A program made the position numbers and the translations under genes. Under the pieces are notes generated by a model that made no database searches, was not told the DNA's origin, and saw only the letters and a list, made by a program, of their open reading frames with translations. 64,000 nt of DNA from the human T2T-CHM13v2.0 reference genome, Homo sapiens. The stretch's first letter is position 1, and each line of letters opens with the position of its first letter. The stretch is from assembly GCF_009914755.1 (NCBI RefSeq), contig NC_060925.1. One strand, 5' to 3'. Below are positions 1-13,723 of the stretch, in pieces.

Positions 1-215
1 TCACTGTAACCTCAAACTGCTGGGCGTAAGTGATCTACACATCTCAGCCTCCCGAGTAGCTGGGACTACAGGCATGTGTCACCACATCTGGCTAATTTTT
101 AGAGACAGGGTCTCATTATGTTGTCCAGGCTGGTCTTGAATTCCTGGCCTCAAATGATCCTCCCCCCTCCCTCCCAAAGTGCTGTGATTACAGGTGTGAA
201 CCCATGTGCCCGGCC
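1..215 (-). mobile_element. Alu (AluJ-like), truncated by window edge
   Basis: Antisense Alu motifs cctcccaaagtgctgtgattacaggtgtga…cccggcc. Confidence 0.9.
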
Positions 216-322
216 TCACATTGTTCTGATCAGAAATAAAATTACTCAGGTTGTTCATGCCCCACTTTTTCAAAAGCATTTGCTGGGAAGGGCTTTGACT
301 GGTTTCTGAAAGTCACAAGTAT

Positions 323-402
323 CTGCTAAGTATATGCATACTAAAGATAAAGGTACTGCGGCTGCTAAGTATATGCATACTAAAGATAAAGGTACTGCGG
401 CT
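323..402. repeat. Perfect 39-bp tandem duplication
   Basis: ctgctaagtatatgcatactaaagataaaggtactgcgg x2. Confidence 0.95.
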
Positions 403-683
403 CAAAGTTGTTCTTCCTTTAGGTGAAAACACGGGGTCATGCTAGAGTCATAAGAGTCAGGGACTGGATTCCTGGTCCCTGTTTGTACGTGGATAAGTTA
501 ACTGACTTCTTTAGTCTAATCAAAATGAGAGAAGATATCATTTATTTAAAGATCCTGACATATACTCCTTCAGATAAGCCTTAAATCCTCCCCCATCCCT
601 CCTTCTGGCTTAGGAAAACCTACAACTAAAAACTACAGCCCAATCTCTGCTTGAAACTTTGCACTGCTGAAAAAAGATCTTGA

Positions 684-1378
<695 letters not shown>

Positions 1379-1847
1379 TGACTGCATAGCTCATTTGGTG
1401 GATTCCTTCAGTAAATGAGTAAATAGAATAATATTTTGACAATATAGAGTTCTTTACTGACTGCTATTTCAAACTTAAAATATAGTGAGCTGCAATTCCT
1501 TGTATTAGCCCTAGAACAGAACAATGTGCTGAACAGCTCCTCATTATTTGTTAACAGTTTTAAATGAAGCTAATTCCAAATAATAAAACTCAAGATAGAG
1601 AATTTCAAATATGCTGACTCCTTGAAAATGTTATAACAGAGCTGCATATTTCAAATTTACTAGGAGGCAAAAAGGCCATCCTAAAAAAACAGACTGATGA
1701 GTTGTAGTTTGTGGTCTAATTGTCATCATCTGCCATATGAAGTTCAGTGCACTTGGAATTTTAACTTTCAAAATGTAAATTATTTTATCCTGAAATGTTC
1801 TTACTCCAGAGAAGAATAACCATCTTGATATTAAAAACTCTATCAAG

Positions 1848-2142
1848 AACCAGGCACAGTGGCTTATGCCTGTAATCCCAACCCTTTGGGAGGTTTAAGC
1901 AAAGGATTGTTTCAGCCCAGGAGTTCAAGACCAGCCTGGGCAACATAGCAAGACCTTGCCTCTCTAGTTAGAAGAAAAAAAAAATTAGCTGGGTGTGGTG
2001 GCATGCATTGGCTGAGGTGGGAAGACTGCTTAAGCCCAGGAGGTCAAGGCTGCAGGAAGTCATGGTTGCACCACCGCACTCCAGCCTGGGTGACAGAGGA
2101 GACCCTGCTGCTAAAAACAAAACAAAACAAAAGCAAAAAAAA
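1848..2142 (+). mobile_element. Alu (AluJ-like)
   Basis: ccaggcacagtggcttatgcctgtaatccca… followed by an A-rich tail. Confidence 0.9.
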
Positions 2143-2289
2143 CTTTAACAAGGAATAAAGATGTAACTAAATAGTCAATCATTAACAACTAGAAAGAAAA
2201 CTATTAGGAGTGGGTGTTGGTTTTTGTACTAAGAACCATCCTTGTGATTCTCCACAGGACACAACCATTTCTAGATTATCAAGATGAAC

Positions 2290-2606
2290 ATATATATATA
2301 TACACACACATATATATTATATATATGTATGTATGTTCTACATATATGTGTTTTACATACGTGTGTTCTACATGTGTGTTCTACATATGTGTTCTACATG
2401 TGTTCACACGTGTTCTACATAGTTGTGTGTTCTACACGTTTTCTATATATGTGTGTTCTACATACATGTGTTCTACATGTGTGTTCTACATATGTGTATT
2501 CTACATATTTATGTGTTCTACATATGTATGTGTTCTACATATTTATGTGTTCTATAAATATAAATGTTCTACATATATAGAGAACAGTTATATAGTTATA
2601 TATATG
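2290..2606. repeat. (TA)n/(TG)n-derived degenerate minisatellite, core tgtgttctaca
   Basis: More than 12 recurrences of gtgttctaca(t) separated by TA/TG runs. Confidence 0.9.
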
Positions 2607-3039
2607 TGGCCATCCTTAAAACACAGTGATGAGTTGTAGTTTGCATAGTACATTTGATGTATATATAAAAAATAGTTCTCGAGAACAAGAGATGCTTGGA
2701 AGTATTCTTCTCACTCAAAGAGTAGTAAAGAACTACTTTCTGCCTCTGAGGTTTTATTAGGCATTTCAGGTAAGAATACAAAGCCAAAGATACCAATATT
2801 TCTCCAGAATCAACCTGCCACCCAACCAGCTACCATGGCCAAAGAGCCCATCATTGGCAAGACAGAATTTCTGCGTTAGAGCAACTTTCTGTCTCACTTG
2901 ATTTTACTATGGCATTTGACAGTCTCTTTTCAGGGTGTTTCTCAAATAAAGCCCTCTCCTGGTTTTCTTCCTACTCCTATTTCTTTTCAATTTTCTTCAA
3001 TCATTTTTTTTCCTGCAAATTTTTTGTTTTATTTATTTA

Positions 3040-3340
<301 letters not shown>

Positions 3341-3809
3341 TAAAACAATTTAAAATTTTGGTGTTTATGTGAAGGTGAGTCCTGAAGCCTCCTCTTATCC
3401 TCCACCTCATCCATTCCTGGGGGGCTATGTTCTTTTCAGCTACCACTTGCCAGCCCACTCTGTATCACCACCTCAGGCTTTTTTCTGAGGTCCTTGTCCA
3501 CTATGCAGTACCAGCTTCTGGTCATCTCCACTCAGGTGATCCACGGGACACTACCATATTCAAAATAGAACTGCATTCTCCATCTACACTTTGATATAAC
3601 CAGTCATCTGAATTAAAACTTTAAGAATCATTTAGGTCATTGGATATCCCCTTTTGTATATCTTGACTGTCTGCCTTAGGAGAAGGGGAGTTAACTCTTA
3701 CTGGTTCCTAATCCATATCATCGGGGGAGTTTCTTGAGTCCTCTACACCTTATGCACAGAGTTTGAGTAAGTTCTCTAGGTGATTGCAATGTGCTCCCAA
3801 ACTTGGTAC

Positions 3810-3970
3810 ATTAGATGCTTTATGTATGCTATCTCGACTAATCCCTACTGAAACCCTATGAAGCAGGTACTCTTAAACCCATTTACAGAAGGGAAAACCC
3901 AGCTTCACAAGTGTTGAGTATCTTAGCTAAGATCAACCGGCTACTAAGGGACTCACAGAGATTCAATGTT
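3810..3970 (+). mobile_element. MIR SINE fragment
   Basis: MIR core-like cccatttacagaagggaaaacccagcttcacaagtg…aagatcaacc. Confidence 0.55.
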
Positions 3971-4009
3971 TATGAGTTTCCTGCCACTAACTCTCCATTC
4001 TCTTACCTA

Positions 4010-4180
4010 GTGGCTCCCACAGTTTAAACTGCATAAGTTGTAAGACAGTTTTTTTAAAATGTGGATTTCTGAGGCAAACCCATTGAAATTATGATCCTCT
4101 TGAATTAGATTGAAACCTAAGCACATGCACTTTAATAAGCACCCAGGGGATTCTCCAACAGGCATCCAGGTATACTCTTC
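4010..4180. mobile_element. MER5-like hAT-Charlie MITE relic
   Basis: tagtggctcccac…tgcactttaataagcacccaggggattct. Confidence 0.45.
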
Positions 4181-5918
4181 AGAGAAAAAAAAATGGTTCC
4201 TTCATCAGCCATATTATTATTAACTTTTTCCATGAAGTACAAATAGAACTGTGTCCATATTCTTGTTGTTTAATGGCTCCCAGTTAGTTTCAAAATAATT
4301 CCTAAGCCTGGTGTGTGTGACCTTCACATGGTGGTCACAATCTTGTTTGTGTCTCCTATCCCTCCTTCCCTTCCATTCTGTGACAACATTGAGCCTTTTC
4401 ACATCAGCAAATCTTGGCATATGCTGTGGCCCTTACTTGGAAGCCTGGAATTGTTTGAATCCAGTTGCCTGCTCTGTCATCCCCTAGAGTCAGCAGCTCC
4501 TTCCTGTGACTCCCTAGCACAAGGGACATCCCTCACTGTAGCATTTTTATGCCGAAGGGCTGTTGTTTCTTAACTCACTGATCTCTCACACATTCTTGAT
4601 GGTAGAAACTGATCATCATTCCTCTTTGTATCTCTAGCATTAGCACAGTCTTCACACAAAGTAGACCTTTATTAAATATTGACAGATTGAAAAAATAGAA
4701 ATCCCACCCATTGAACATTGACAGACGTTTAAAAAAAGCTAAAGACCTAAACATTCTGTGGCTATACATGAGCATTTTTCATACATGTTAATAAAATACA
4801 TCATCACCTATCTCAATCTTTTGGCATTTCATAGACATACTTTTAGAGGAAAAAGGGATTTTGGAGGTCATCTTAGATGATCTCATAGTTTTACAGATGG
4901 GGAAATATAAACAAAGAAAAATTAAGTGGCTTTCTCAATTTTCCTCAGCAAATTGAGTGGAGATTTGAAAGCTTCTCCTCCCCTGGTCCAGTTTCCCCTT
5001 CTTACCCCAAACCACTTCCTTCTTCTTTTTCATCCTTTAACCTGGTTTAATATTTTTTTGAACACTCACTCGGTGTGGGGTACTACTGGGTCAGATATGC
5101 TATTTCCACACTGCATTTGTTCAATATTACTGACTCAGCACTTGAGCACATGACATACACTGGCACTGTGCCAGCTGCCAGAAATGCAAATATGAATGAG
5201 CCACAGTTCCTGACACAAACAAGCTTGCGTTCTAGAAGAGACGACAGTTTAGCGTGCAGCGATTAAGACATGGTGTCTCAAGTTTTGCATTACCAGCCTA
5301 ACCAAATGGGCACCCCTGGACAGCAGCAAAAGACCTTGCCCTCCATTACATCTTTAGGATTAAACATGGAATAAAAAACTTGACAGTAATGTATACAAAG
5401 GACAAATGTCACTGCTGCCTTCTTCACCAAAGTTGTAATAGGGAGAAAAGGGTCAATCAGAAAAAGAATAACAAAGCACACCTCTGAGAAGCCTTGTCTT
5501 AACTCATCTCTCATGGAAATGCCAAAAAATAATTGCCCTCTGGAAGGGACCTTCTAACATCCTTGATTCCCAAGACAGAATGAAAACTGAGGCCTCTGAA
5601 AACATAATTGCTAATGCCTGAACCTGGAAAGAGACACGGCAGATACAAAGCAACATAATCAACGTTTAATATTACATTTCCAGGCTAGATTGATTCACAC
5701 ATAAATTGAGTGTGTCTTATATTGTTCAAAATACCCCCCAATTCAACTTTCATTAATCTCGGACCAAAGTCCGAACTCAATACTCATTCATCTAGAAATA
5801 TTTTGAGAGATCCATGACATTTGATGTTAATACTTCTAGAATCCTAGAGTGCCCTGTGCATAATATTCTTAATAGATTAAAACTAGGGCGGCAAAGTCCC
5901 TCACTTAGCAATGCCTTT

Positions 5919-6659
5919 TATTATTATACTTCATGTCCTGGGATACATGAGCAGAACGTGCAGGTTTGTTACATAGGTATACACGTGCCATGGTGGTTTG
6001 CCGCACCCATCAACCCGTCATCTACACTAGGTATTTCTCCTAATGTTATCCCTCCCCTAGCCTCCCACCCCCTGACAGACCCCAGTGTGTGATGTTCCCC
6101 TCCCTGTGTCCATGTGTTCTCATTGTTCAACTCCCACTTATGAGTGAGAACATGTGGTGTTTGGTTTTCTGTTCATGTATTAGTTTGCTGAGAACGATAG
6201 TTTCCAGCTTCATCCATGTCCCTGCAAAGGACATGAACTCATCCCTTTTTATGGCTGCATAGTATTTCATGGTGTATATGTGCCACATTTTCTTTATCCA
6301 GTCTATCACTGATGGGCATGTGGGTTGGTTCCGAGTCTTTGCTATGGTGAACAGTGCTGCAATAAACATACATGGGCATGTGTCTTCATAGAATGATTTA
6401 TAATGCTTTGGGTATATACCCAGTAATGGAATTGCTGGGTCAAATGATATTTCTGGTTCTAGATCCTTGAGGAATTGCCACACTGTCTTCCATAATGGTT
6501 GAACTAATTTACACTCCCACCAACAGTGTAAAAGCGTTCCTATTTCTCCGCATCCTCTCCAGCATCTGTTGTTTTCCTGACTTTTTAATGCTCACCATTC
6601 TATCTGGCGTGAGATAGTGTCTCATTGCGGTTTTGATTTGCATTTCTCTAATGACCAGT
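5919..6659 (-). mobile_element. 5'-truncated L1PA (ORF2 C-terminus plus 3'UTR)
   Basis: ORF 6127-6483 is the L1 ORF2 C-terminus (FDPAIPLLGIYPK…); TSD gcaatgccttt at 5908-5918 and 6660-6670. Confidence 0.95.
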
Positions 6660-7574
6660 GCAATGCCTTTCAAAACATAACAATACAAAAGGAAAGAAAA
6701 CCAAACTCACAAAGAGCTTTTACATCAAGTGGCTCAGCTCAATATTATGGACTGAGCTAAAGTCTGAAGTGTTTCTAGTCCACATTTCTAATGGGAATTT
6801 TCAATGACTTTGTGATACTAATTGTGTAAAATAAGACTCTTACAAAAACTGCTTACATTACTGGAAAAACTAATACTTGACGTTCACTCGTAGATACCAA
6901 GTACTATATCAGAGGTCAGCTCTGGGCAGTGTGGTAACACCCAGGACAGGTACCTCACAGGGAACAAGGTGAACGGAGCACATCTCCTGCAGGAGGGGTT
7001 GCCTCAGGTGAAACCCAAGAGAGAGAGACAAGGAAGAAGGCTGTGCCCAGCGGAGAAAGCAATAGACATGAAGGCATGGAGGCTGGGAGAGCTTGGTGCT
7101 TTTAGGGCCCAGGAAAACATATGGAATGACCACAGCTGAGCGTGGAAGTTGCTAAAAGAGGGGTTGTCAAAAGATGGAGCTGTTCAGGCAGCAGGGGACT
7201 TGACTGTCAGGAGTAGCAGAACTTTGCACATAAGAAAGCAGAGGATCCTGCAGGATCTCAGAGTTAACCCCTATTTAATGTACAGAAACAATCTCCCAAC
7301 CCAAGGCTTCAGATGAATTTGGGCTATAAGAAAATGCAGTGCAAGGATTTACATCTTAAAGGCTTGCAAAATTCAGAAACATATTTTTTTTCTTTTTTTG
7401 AGGAGTGAAATCAGTGGAGAAGTTTCAACAGTCAGCAATGCATTCGCTGGAAAGGTCTCTGTCTTCTGGGCAATGCCTCTGGTGGGTCCTTAGGGAACCA
7501 CTTTGAGACCTCAGGACCACGGTCTCCCAGAGGATGAGGGCAGGAGTGTACCAGGGACTGGTTACAGGAAAGTT

Positions 7575-8155
7575 TCTTTTTCTAAAAACAACATTTTAAA
7601 AGGTACCATTTTTACCATTTTTAAGTGTAAGGTTCAATGGTAATAAACCCATTTATATCCTTTTCCCTACTTTGTCCACTCTCTCCTTCCTGGCCTCTAG
7701 TAACCACCAATCTACTGCATATCCTCATGAGATCCACAATTTTAGTTCCCACATATGAGTGAGAACATACGACATTTGTCTCCCTGTGGTTGGCTTATTT
7801 AACATAATGACCTCCAGTTCCATCCATGTTGCAGGAAATTACAGGATTTCATTCTTTTTATGGCTGAATAATATTCCATTGCATATATATATATACCACA
7901 TTTACTTTATTTACCCATCCATTGATGAGAACTTAGGTTGATTGCATATCTTCGCTACTGTGAATAGTGCTGCAATACACATGGGCATGCAGATAACTCT
8001 TTGATATATTGATTCCCTTTCTTTTCGACATATACCCAGTAGTGGAACTGCTGAATCAGATGGTAGAGAACTATATGTTTTTAGTTTCCTGAGGAACTTC
8101 CATACTGTTCTCCATAGTGGCTGTACTAATCTACACTCCCACCAACAGAATATGA
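7575..8155 (-). mobile_element. L1MA-type 3' fragment
   Basis: Antisense L1 3' end: ccagttccatccatgttgcag…tgtgaatagtgctgcaat…ctcccaccaacag. Confidence 0.85.
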
Positions 8156-8660
8156 GGAAAAAGTTTCAAGGTGGGGAAATCCAGAGAGAAGCCCAGTGTT
8201 ACCACCTGGGATACAGTATTGTATGGGCAAGCTTTGTGAGGGGCTACAGTGATTCATAATCAACCTGTCTTCCTGGGGCTCATTTCTGGGATGTAAGATA
8301 CTTCATCTACTCTCATAAAACCTGAATCTACACCCAGTATACATTTCCATCACATCCCAGCAGGTTCAGGAAATAAAGGTGGGTATGCATCAACAACTGA
8401 AGTTTAATGATTGAAGATGCTCATATTATAAGGACAAAATAAAAGAAAAACACTGAGACAGAGACTGATAGCAAGATGTGTGCTACAGGAAACGCCGTGA
8501 TATGAGCTTCCCTGGGCCATGGAGGCATGCAGCGTGTTGGACAACGTAGCAGACATCGTGGCATCCCTCTGCCCTTTGGTAGGCAGCCCTCATCGCAGCA
8601 GCCCTGACTTGGCCCTGGGAGCATAAAAATCAGGTCAGCCCATCAAAGCTGGATTTAAAC

Positions 8661-9220
8661 AGAAAGGAATCAGAATATGCCACCCCAAAATATGCCACTT
8701 TGGCATACAGACTATTTTGAGATGAAAAAAACCTTCTTGGAACCTCCCTTATCTGACTAAGAGCAGAAACTTCTGAGAAATGAGGACTGCCATGAATCCT
8801 TTTTCCCAGGGGACTTTCATGGCCATGAACAGTACAGAAAGTTGGCAGCAAGATGGGGCTGTAGAAACAAACTTTACTAAATCACCCTTATCTTCCATTA
8901 GTTCCTCACATTTATTTTTCCACAATTTACTTCCTCTAGAAGCTCAAAACTCTTTTTCTTTGTCTTGTTATTTCTCCGCAAATTTGCATCCCTATTTCTT
9001 CTATGTATGCAAAGGACATGACCTGCCCTTTTGTAAAATTAGTGTCCAAGTGTTTGGGTCTGACCACCTCTCTACAGTTTTTATTTTATTTCTGTGAGAC
9101 CCCATCCACATGCATATGAAATAAACCTTTTTCTCCTGTTATCCTATTTTTTTGTCAGTTCAATATTCAGGGCTGCTGCCACTGAAACCAAGAGGTCAAG
9201 GAAAGAGTTTTTCCTCCCTA
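8661..9220 (+). mobile_element. ERV1 solo LTR (MER34/MER39-like)
   Basis: aaggaatcagaatatgccaccccaaaatatgccactttggcat start; AATAAA near 9119; LTR-type end. Confidence 0.7.
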
Positions 9221-10044
9221 ATGGAACTCAGCTTGACCCCTTACTAGGGTAGATTATTTAATAATGTTTAAACTTATTTCATCTGTAAAATTAGTATCAC
9301 AATATCTGCCTTAGTATAAGAATCAATAACACTGGATCCTTTTAGTGGCTGGTATATTATAGATACACAATAAGTGATAGCTGTCATAACACCAAATAAT
9401 ATCCAAAAACTGGTCATCTGTCATGAACCACAGTCCACACCATTTGGAGATGTAGTTCTAGATCCTTTTGTAGTAAGAACGGACTACCAAGATCTGCCTG
9501 GAGACTAAATAATGTGAAAATCAAGTCAAAATACGATAGTTGACTCTAACTTCAGTTACTAGTAAATAGCATCACTGAGAATTGCGTGGTAAAAATAAGA
9601 AAGCATCTGCATAGATGCTACATCTAGCCAAATGATTGAATATCTCAGACTGCAATATTTCTAAAAGAGTGCTCAGAATAAAGTACTTCATTTATAATAA
9701 GGGACAGCCCTGATTCATCTTATAGAGTAAATGTTACAATTATTGAAGCAAAGAGCTCACAGTGAAAGCTCACCTTATATATGCACAAATAATCAATTTT
9801 CAATGTTCTATGAAGGTAAAACATTAATAACTGCCTATGAAAATTTCCCACAAATTGATATTTCTAATATGATGAAAAAGAAAGGCTCCAAAATCTAATT
9901 ATATCTCTCTGATAAATTAGATGTGCTCTGTGAGTGATGTTATTTATTTTGTTACTAATACAATAATTATTTGGATTACTGTATTGGTCTCATATGCTGA
10001 TGTTTTACTGAATCCTCTATCAAACCATATTTCTCCTATGTATG

Positions 10045-10760
10045 CAGAGGACACGAATAGGCACGCCACAGGTGAAGAAGTAAACATGTCTCAAAAACAT
10101 GTGAAAAGATTTTCAACACTCCTCAGAATTTTTAAAAATACATTTTTTTCTTTTATCAGACTGGCAAAGATAAAGAATTTGATAATTTGTGATGTTGACA
10201 ATCGTGGGGGAAAACAAATAATCATAACATTAATGATACAGACTCTTTGGAATCCAACTTGTACTATCTGTCTATCCACAATTAAACCACATCTACCCTT
10301 TCACCTAGCAATTCCATTTCTAGGTATTTAAAGATATTCTACTACCTAGGCTAAACGTGTTCCAGGATCGATAAAGATCTCCATTGTGGCACTGGTCATT
10401 ACGCTAACAACAAAACCCCCAAGGAACCTAAATGTCTTTCAAATCAACAAAGGACTAGTTGAATTATTTATATCATATTCATACAATGAGTGCCATGCAG
10501 CCATGGATCTATCTGTCTTAATACGTAAAGGCGTGGAAAAAAATCGTTCATGGTACATCATGTCTATATGCTCCCATCTGTGAGAAAAAAGGGACTGATA
10601 CATAAACATGCACAATACAAATATCCACATATAAAATCATATTTCTGGGAAGATATATAAGAAAGTGTTAGCAGTGTTTGCATCTGGGCAAGGGGACACA
10701 GGGCCTGCATTTCATTGTAAAACTGAATTGTTGACATTATTATCATCTGTATATATTCGT
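10045..10760 (+). mobile_element. Old L1ME-type 3' fragment
   Basis: Diverged L1 ORF2 end (cctagcaattccatttctaggtattta) and 3'UTR. Confidence 0.7.
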
Positions 10761-11281
10761 TTTTCTATTGCATACATAGTTACTTGTTTTAAAAGGCAAG
10801 GATGTAATGAAATAACTTGGAAATATGGATGTAATAAAACAAGCAAAGTTAAATGAGGTAAATCTAAGATGATGAGTTTTGTAGATTAACCTGGAAGGCA
10901 GGGATCTCTGCCCTATACGTTTCTCTGTTTTGGTCAAACAAGTTACACACTATCATCCATTTATTTTTTTATAAAACTCTGTAGAATATGTACTAGTATG
11001 ATCACCATCATTCTACGCTCAAATCAAGGCTGCTTAAATGACCAAGTTTGCACAGTAGGTAGACGAGCTGAGATGCAAATCAGGTCTCCTGGATGTAGAG
11101 CCTGAGTGAGCTCTTGGGCATGTCTCACACACTTCACCTTGACCTCTGCTGCCCAGCGAGGGCCAGGCCACTGAAGCTTCTCAATGGCTTGTGATGGCTC
11201 TGAGAATTGCAAGGTAAATATAAGAAAGCATCTGCATAATACTTTCTATTTTCTCTTCTATTTTCATAGAAGTATAGACCT

Positions 11282-11345
11282 CATGAGGCAGTAGATTGTA
11301 TTTTAAAGATGACCATGAGGCAGTAGATTGTATTTTAAAGATGAC
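11282..11345. repeat. Perfect 32-bp tandem duplication
   Basis: catgaggcagtagattgtattttaaagatgac x2. Confidence 0.95.
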
Positions 11346-11403
11346 ATTTCTCACATTGGATGCTATTGGCCTTTGAGAGTGTGGCTCAAAAAATAGGCAA
11401 ATC

Positions 11404-11709
<306 letters not shown>

Positions 11710-13584
11710 TCATATAATACCTCACTTTGTAAAGCACTTTGCAGTCTTCTACACATGAATTATCTTATTTCTGTCTCACAGCAGCATGGAAGAAAACTTC
11801 TCATCAGTTTATAAATGGGAGTACGGAGGCTGAGTTTAGATGACTTCCTCAGCTTGAAGGGACAACAGGAAACCTAGCCTAGGTCATCTGAACTTACCTA
11901 AGTTTCATGTTGCAAACATATTGCTGCATCCAGGGTGAGTAATATCTGAAAACTGCTTTGGATTTGTCGTTCACGTTGGTTTGCAGAATCTTTTATTGCT
12001 TGCTACCATGCCTTTTAGACTCACAGTTCAAAGTTTCCCCTCTGAAGCATAAACCCATTCTGAAATGCTGCATTCCAACCTTGCAACCTGTTCTAAATGT
12101 CTAAATTCTATGGTTTTGGAAGCTGAGGTCCTATGAGTTCTTTAACAGATTTTTCTGTTGAAAATTTTTTGTCAGTATAGTCTTTGTGACCATGGCAATT
12201 ACTTTAACTGGAAGTTCTGCTTAGGAAAATTTCTAATTACAGGTCTATAACCAAAATATAAGAATACCCATCAGACACATCAACTCCAGTTTTCTCTTTA
12301 TTTTTCTTCCCACTCCACTCCCTCCATCAATGTTCCTATTGCCTCAGGTTCAGGTTGGGCTCTTAGCTGTTACTATGAGAATGATTACACATAGGGCCTC
12401 TTCCTGACAAGGCAGCTGAAACAGGTTGTCTGTGGAAAACACAGCTATACTTTCTGTTTTCAACACTACTCATGATTATCAGATATGATTGTGCCCATAA
12501 GGGTTCAATGAACTTTTTGAAAAATACATATCACATTCAAATTATCTCTTTGGAGAACAAACCTGGTGGCAGGAAATGTCAACATCATTAATCATATATT
12601 AAGTTTCATTAAAATCAAAACTTTGAAATAATTAGCTTCTGCTGCTTCTCAGAGTGGTAATTATAGACCATCAGGGAGTGTCACACACTTTCGGATTTCC
12701 TCCTTTAAATATTAAATGCTAAAGATGAAACATTATTTTTAACATAATCTTTTAAACTTTAGCTGTGGAATGTAAACAATACTTTCTGGATATTGGGCTA
12801 ATCAAATCCCATAGTTCAGGAAATCTGAATCTTACTGGATTCAATGGTGAAATGAAAATACTAATACATGCCATCTTATAGGAGAGTAGAGTTCAGAAGC
12901 ATAAAAATATCTGTATTTAAATGTGTTTGGAGACTTCTCTTTTCCTTCACTTAAAATCAAGCTATCTCCCATTTCCAGTTATTATTAACAGTTTATTCAA
13001 TGCTAGTTAGAAAAAAAGTATAGCATCAGACTATTCTATTTATTTTAACAACTCCCTTGCAAGTTTCTTTTTCTAACTCATTTCTACATGATAGTCTTTA
13101 CGTATATAATGTATAAACTATTGTATCTTCTCTCATAATTCTCGGTTTGATCTAAGGCATATTCTACTATGGAGGAATAATAAAGTAATGTAATAATACA
13201 TATTATCTCAATGAACACTATTCTTTAATTTATACTTGTATTTTCATGGAAACTATCACCCACTTAAAAAAAGGTATCCGCTCAGCCAGGTGTGAGAGAC
13301 AGCATGGGGCACAGAGAGAGACAGATAGATGTGTTCCTTGTTCTCAGGGAACTTTTGATCTATTCAGGGAAACAAACAAACAAACAAACAGAAATGCTGA
13401 TAATGCCAATAAAAGACCAAAGTTCCCATTACAGGAATGGACTTTTATTTGGAGAAAGGGGGCAAAAAAGTGAAGAATCAAAGAGGGATGAGGTTCTTCA
13501 GCTCAGGACTCGGAGAATGCAGATGACCTTTGAAGGCATAGAGGCTCAAAAGGGAAAGTGACATGTAGTGTTCATTTCTCTTCA

Positions 13585-13723
13585 TTACAAAGTTTTCCCA
13601 CTCCTCTGCCAGCCCTTGAGTCTCTGCCAAAATGCAAGTGATGGTGGCTGAGTCTCTTGCTATACAAGCTCAGAATAAATAGCCTTTGCTTTTCTCATGG
13701 GGTTGGCCTTCATTTATTTCCAC
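13585..13723 (+). mobile_element. 3' fragment of an ERV1 LTR (same family as 17977-18506)
   Basis: cttgagtctctgccaaaatgcaagtgatggtggctga…aataaatagcctttgc…atttccac. Confidence 0.6.

Noticed and set aside
2214-2639. Cys/Tyr/Val-rich 141-aa and 98-aa ORFs
   Set aside because: Translation artefacts of the TA/TG minisatellite.
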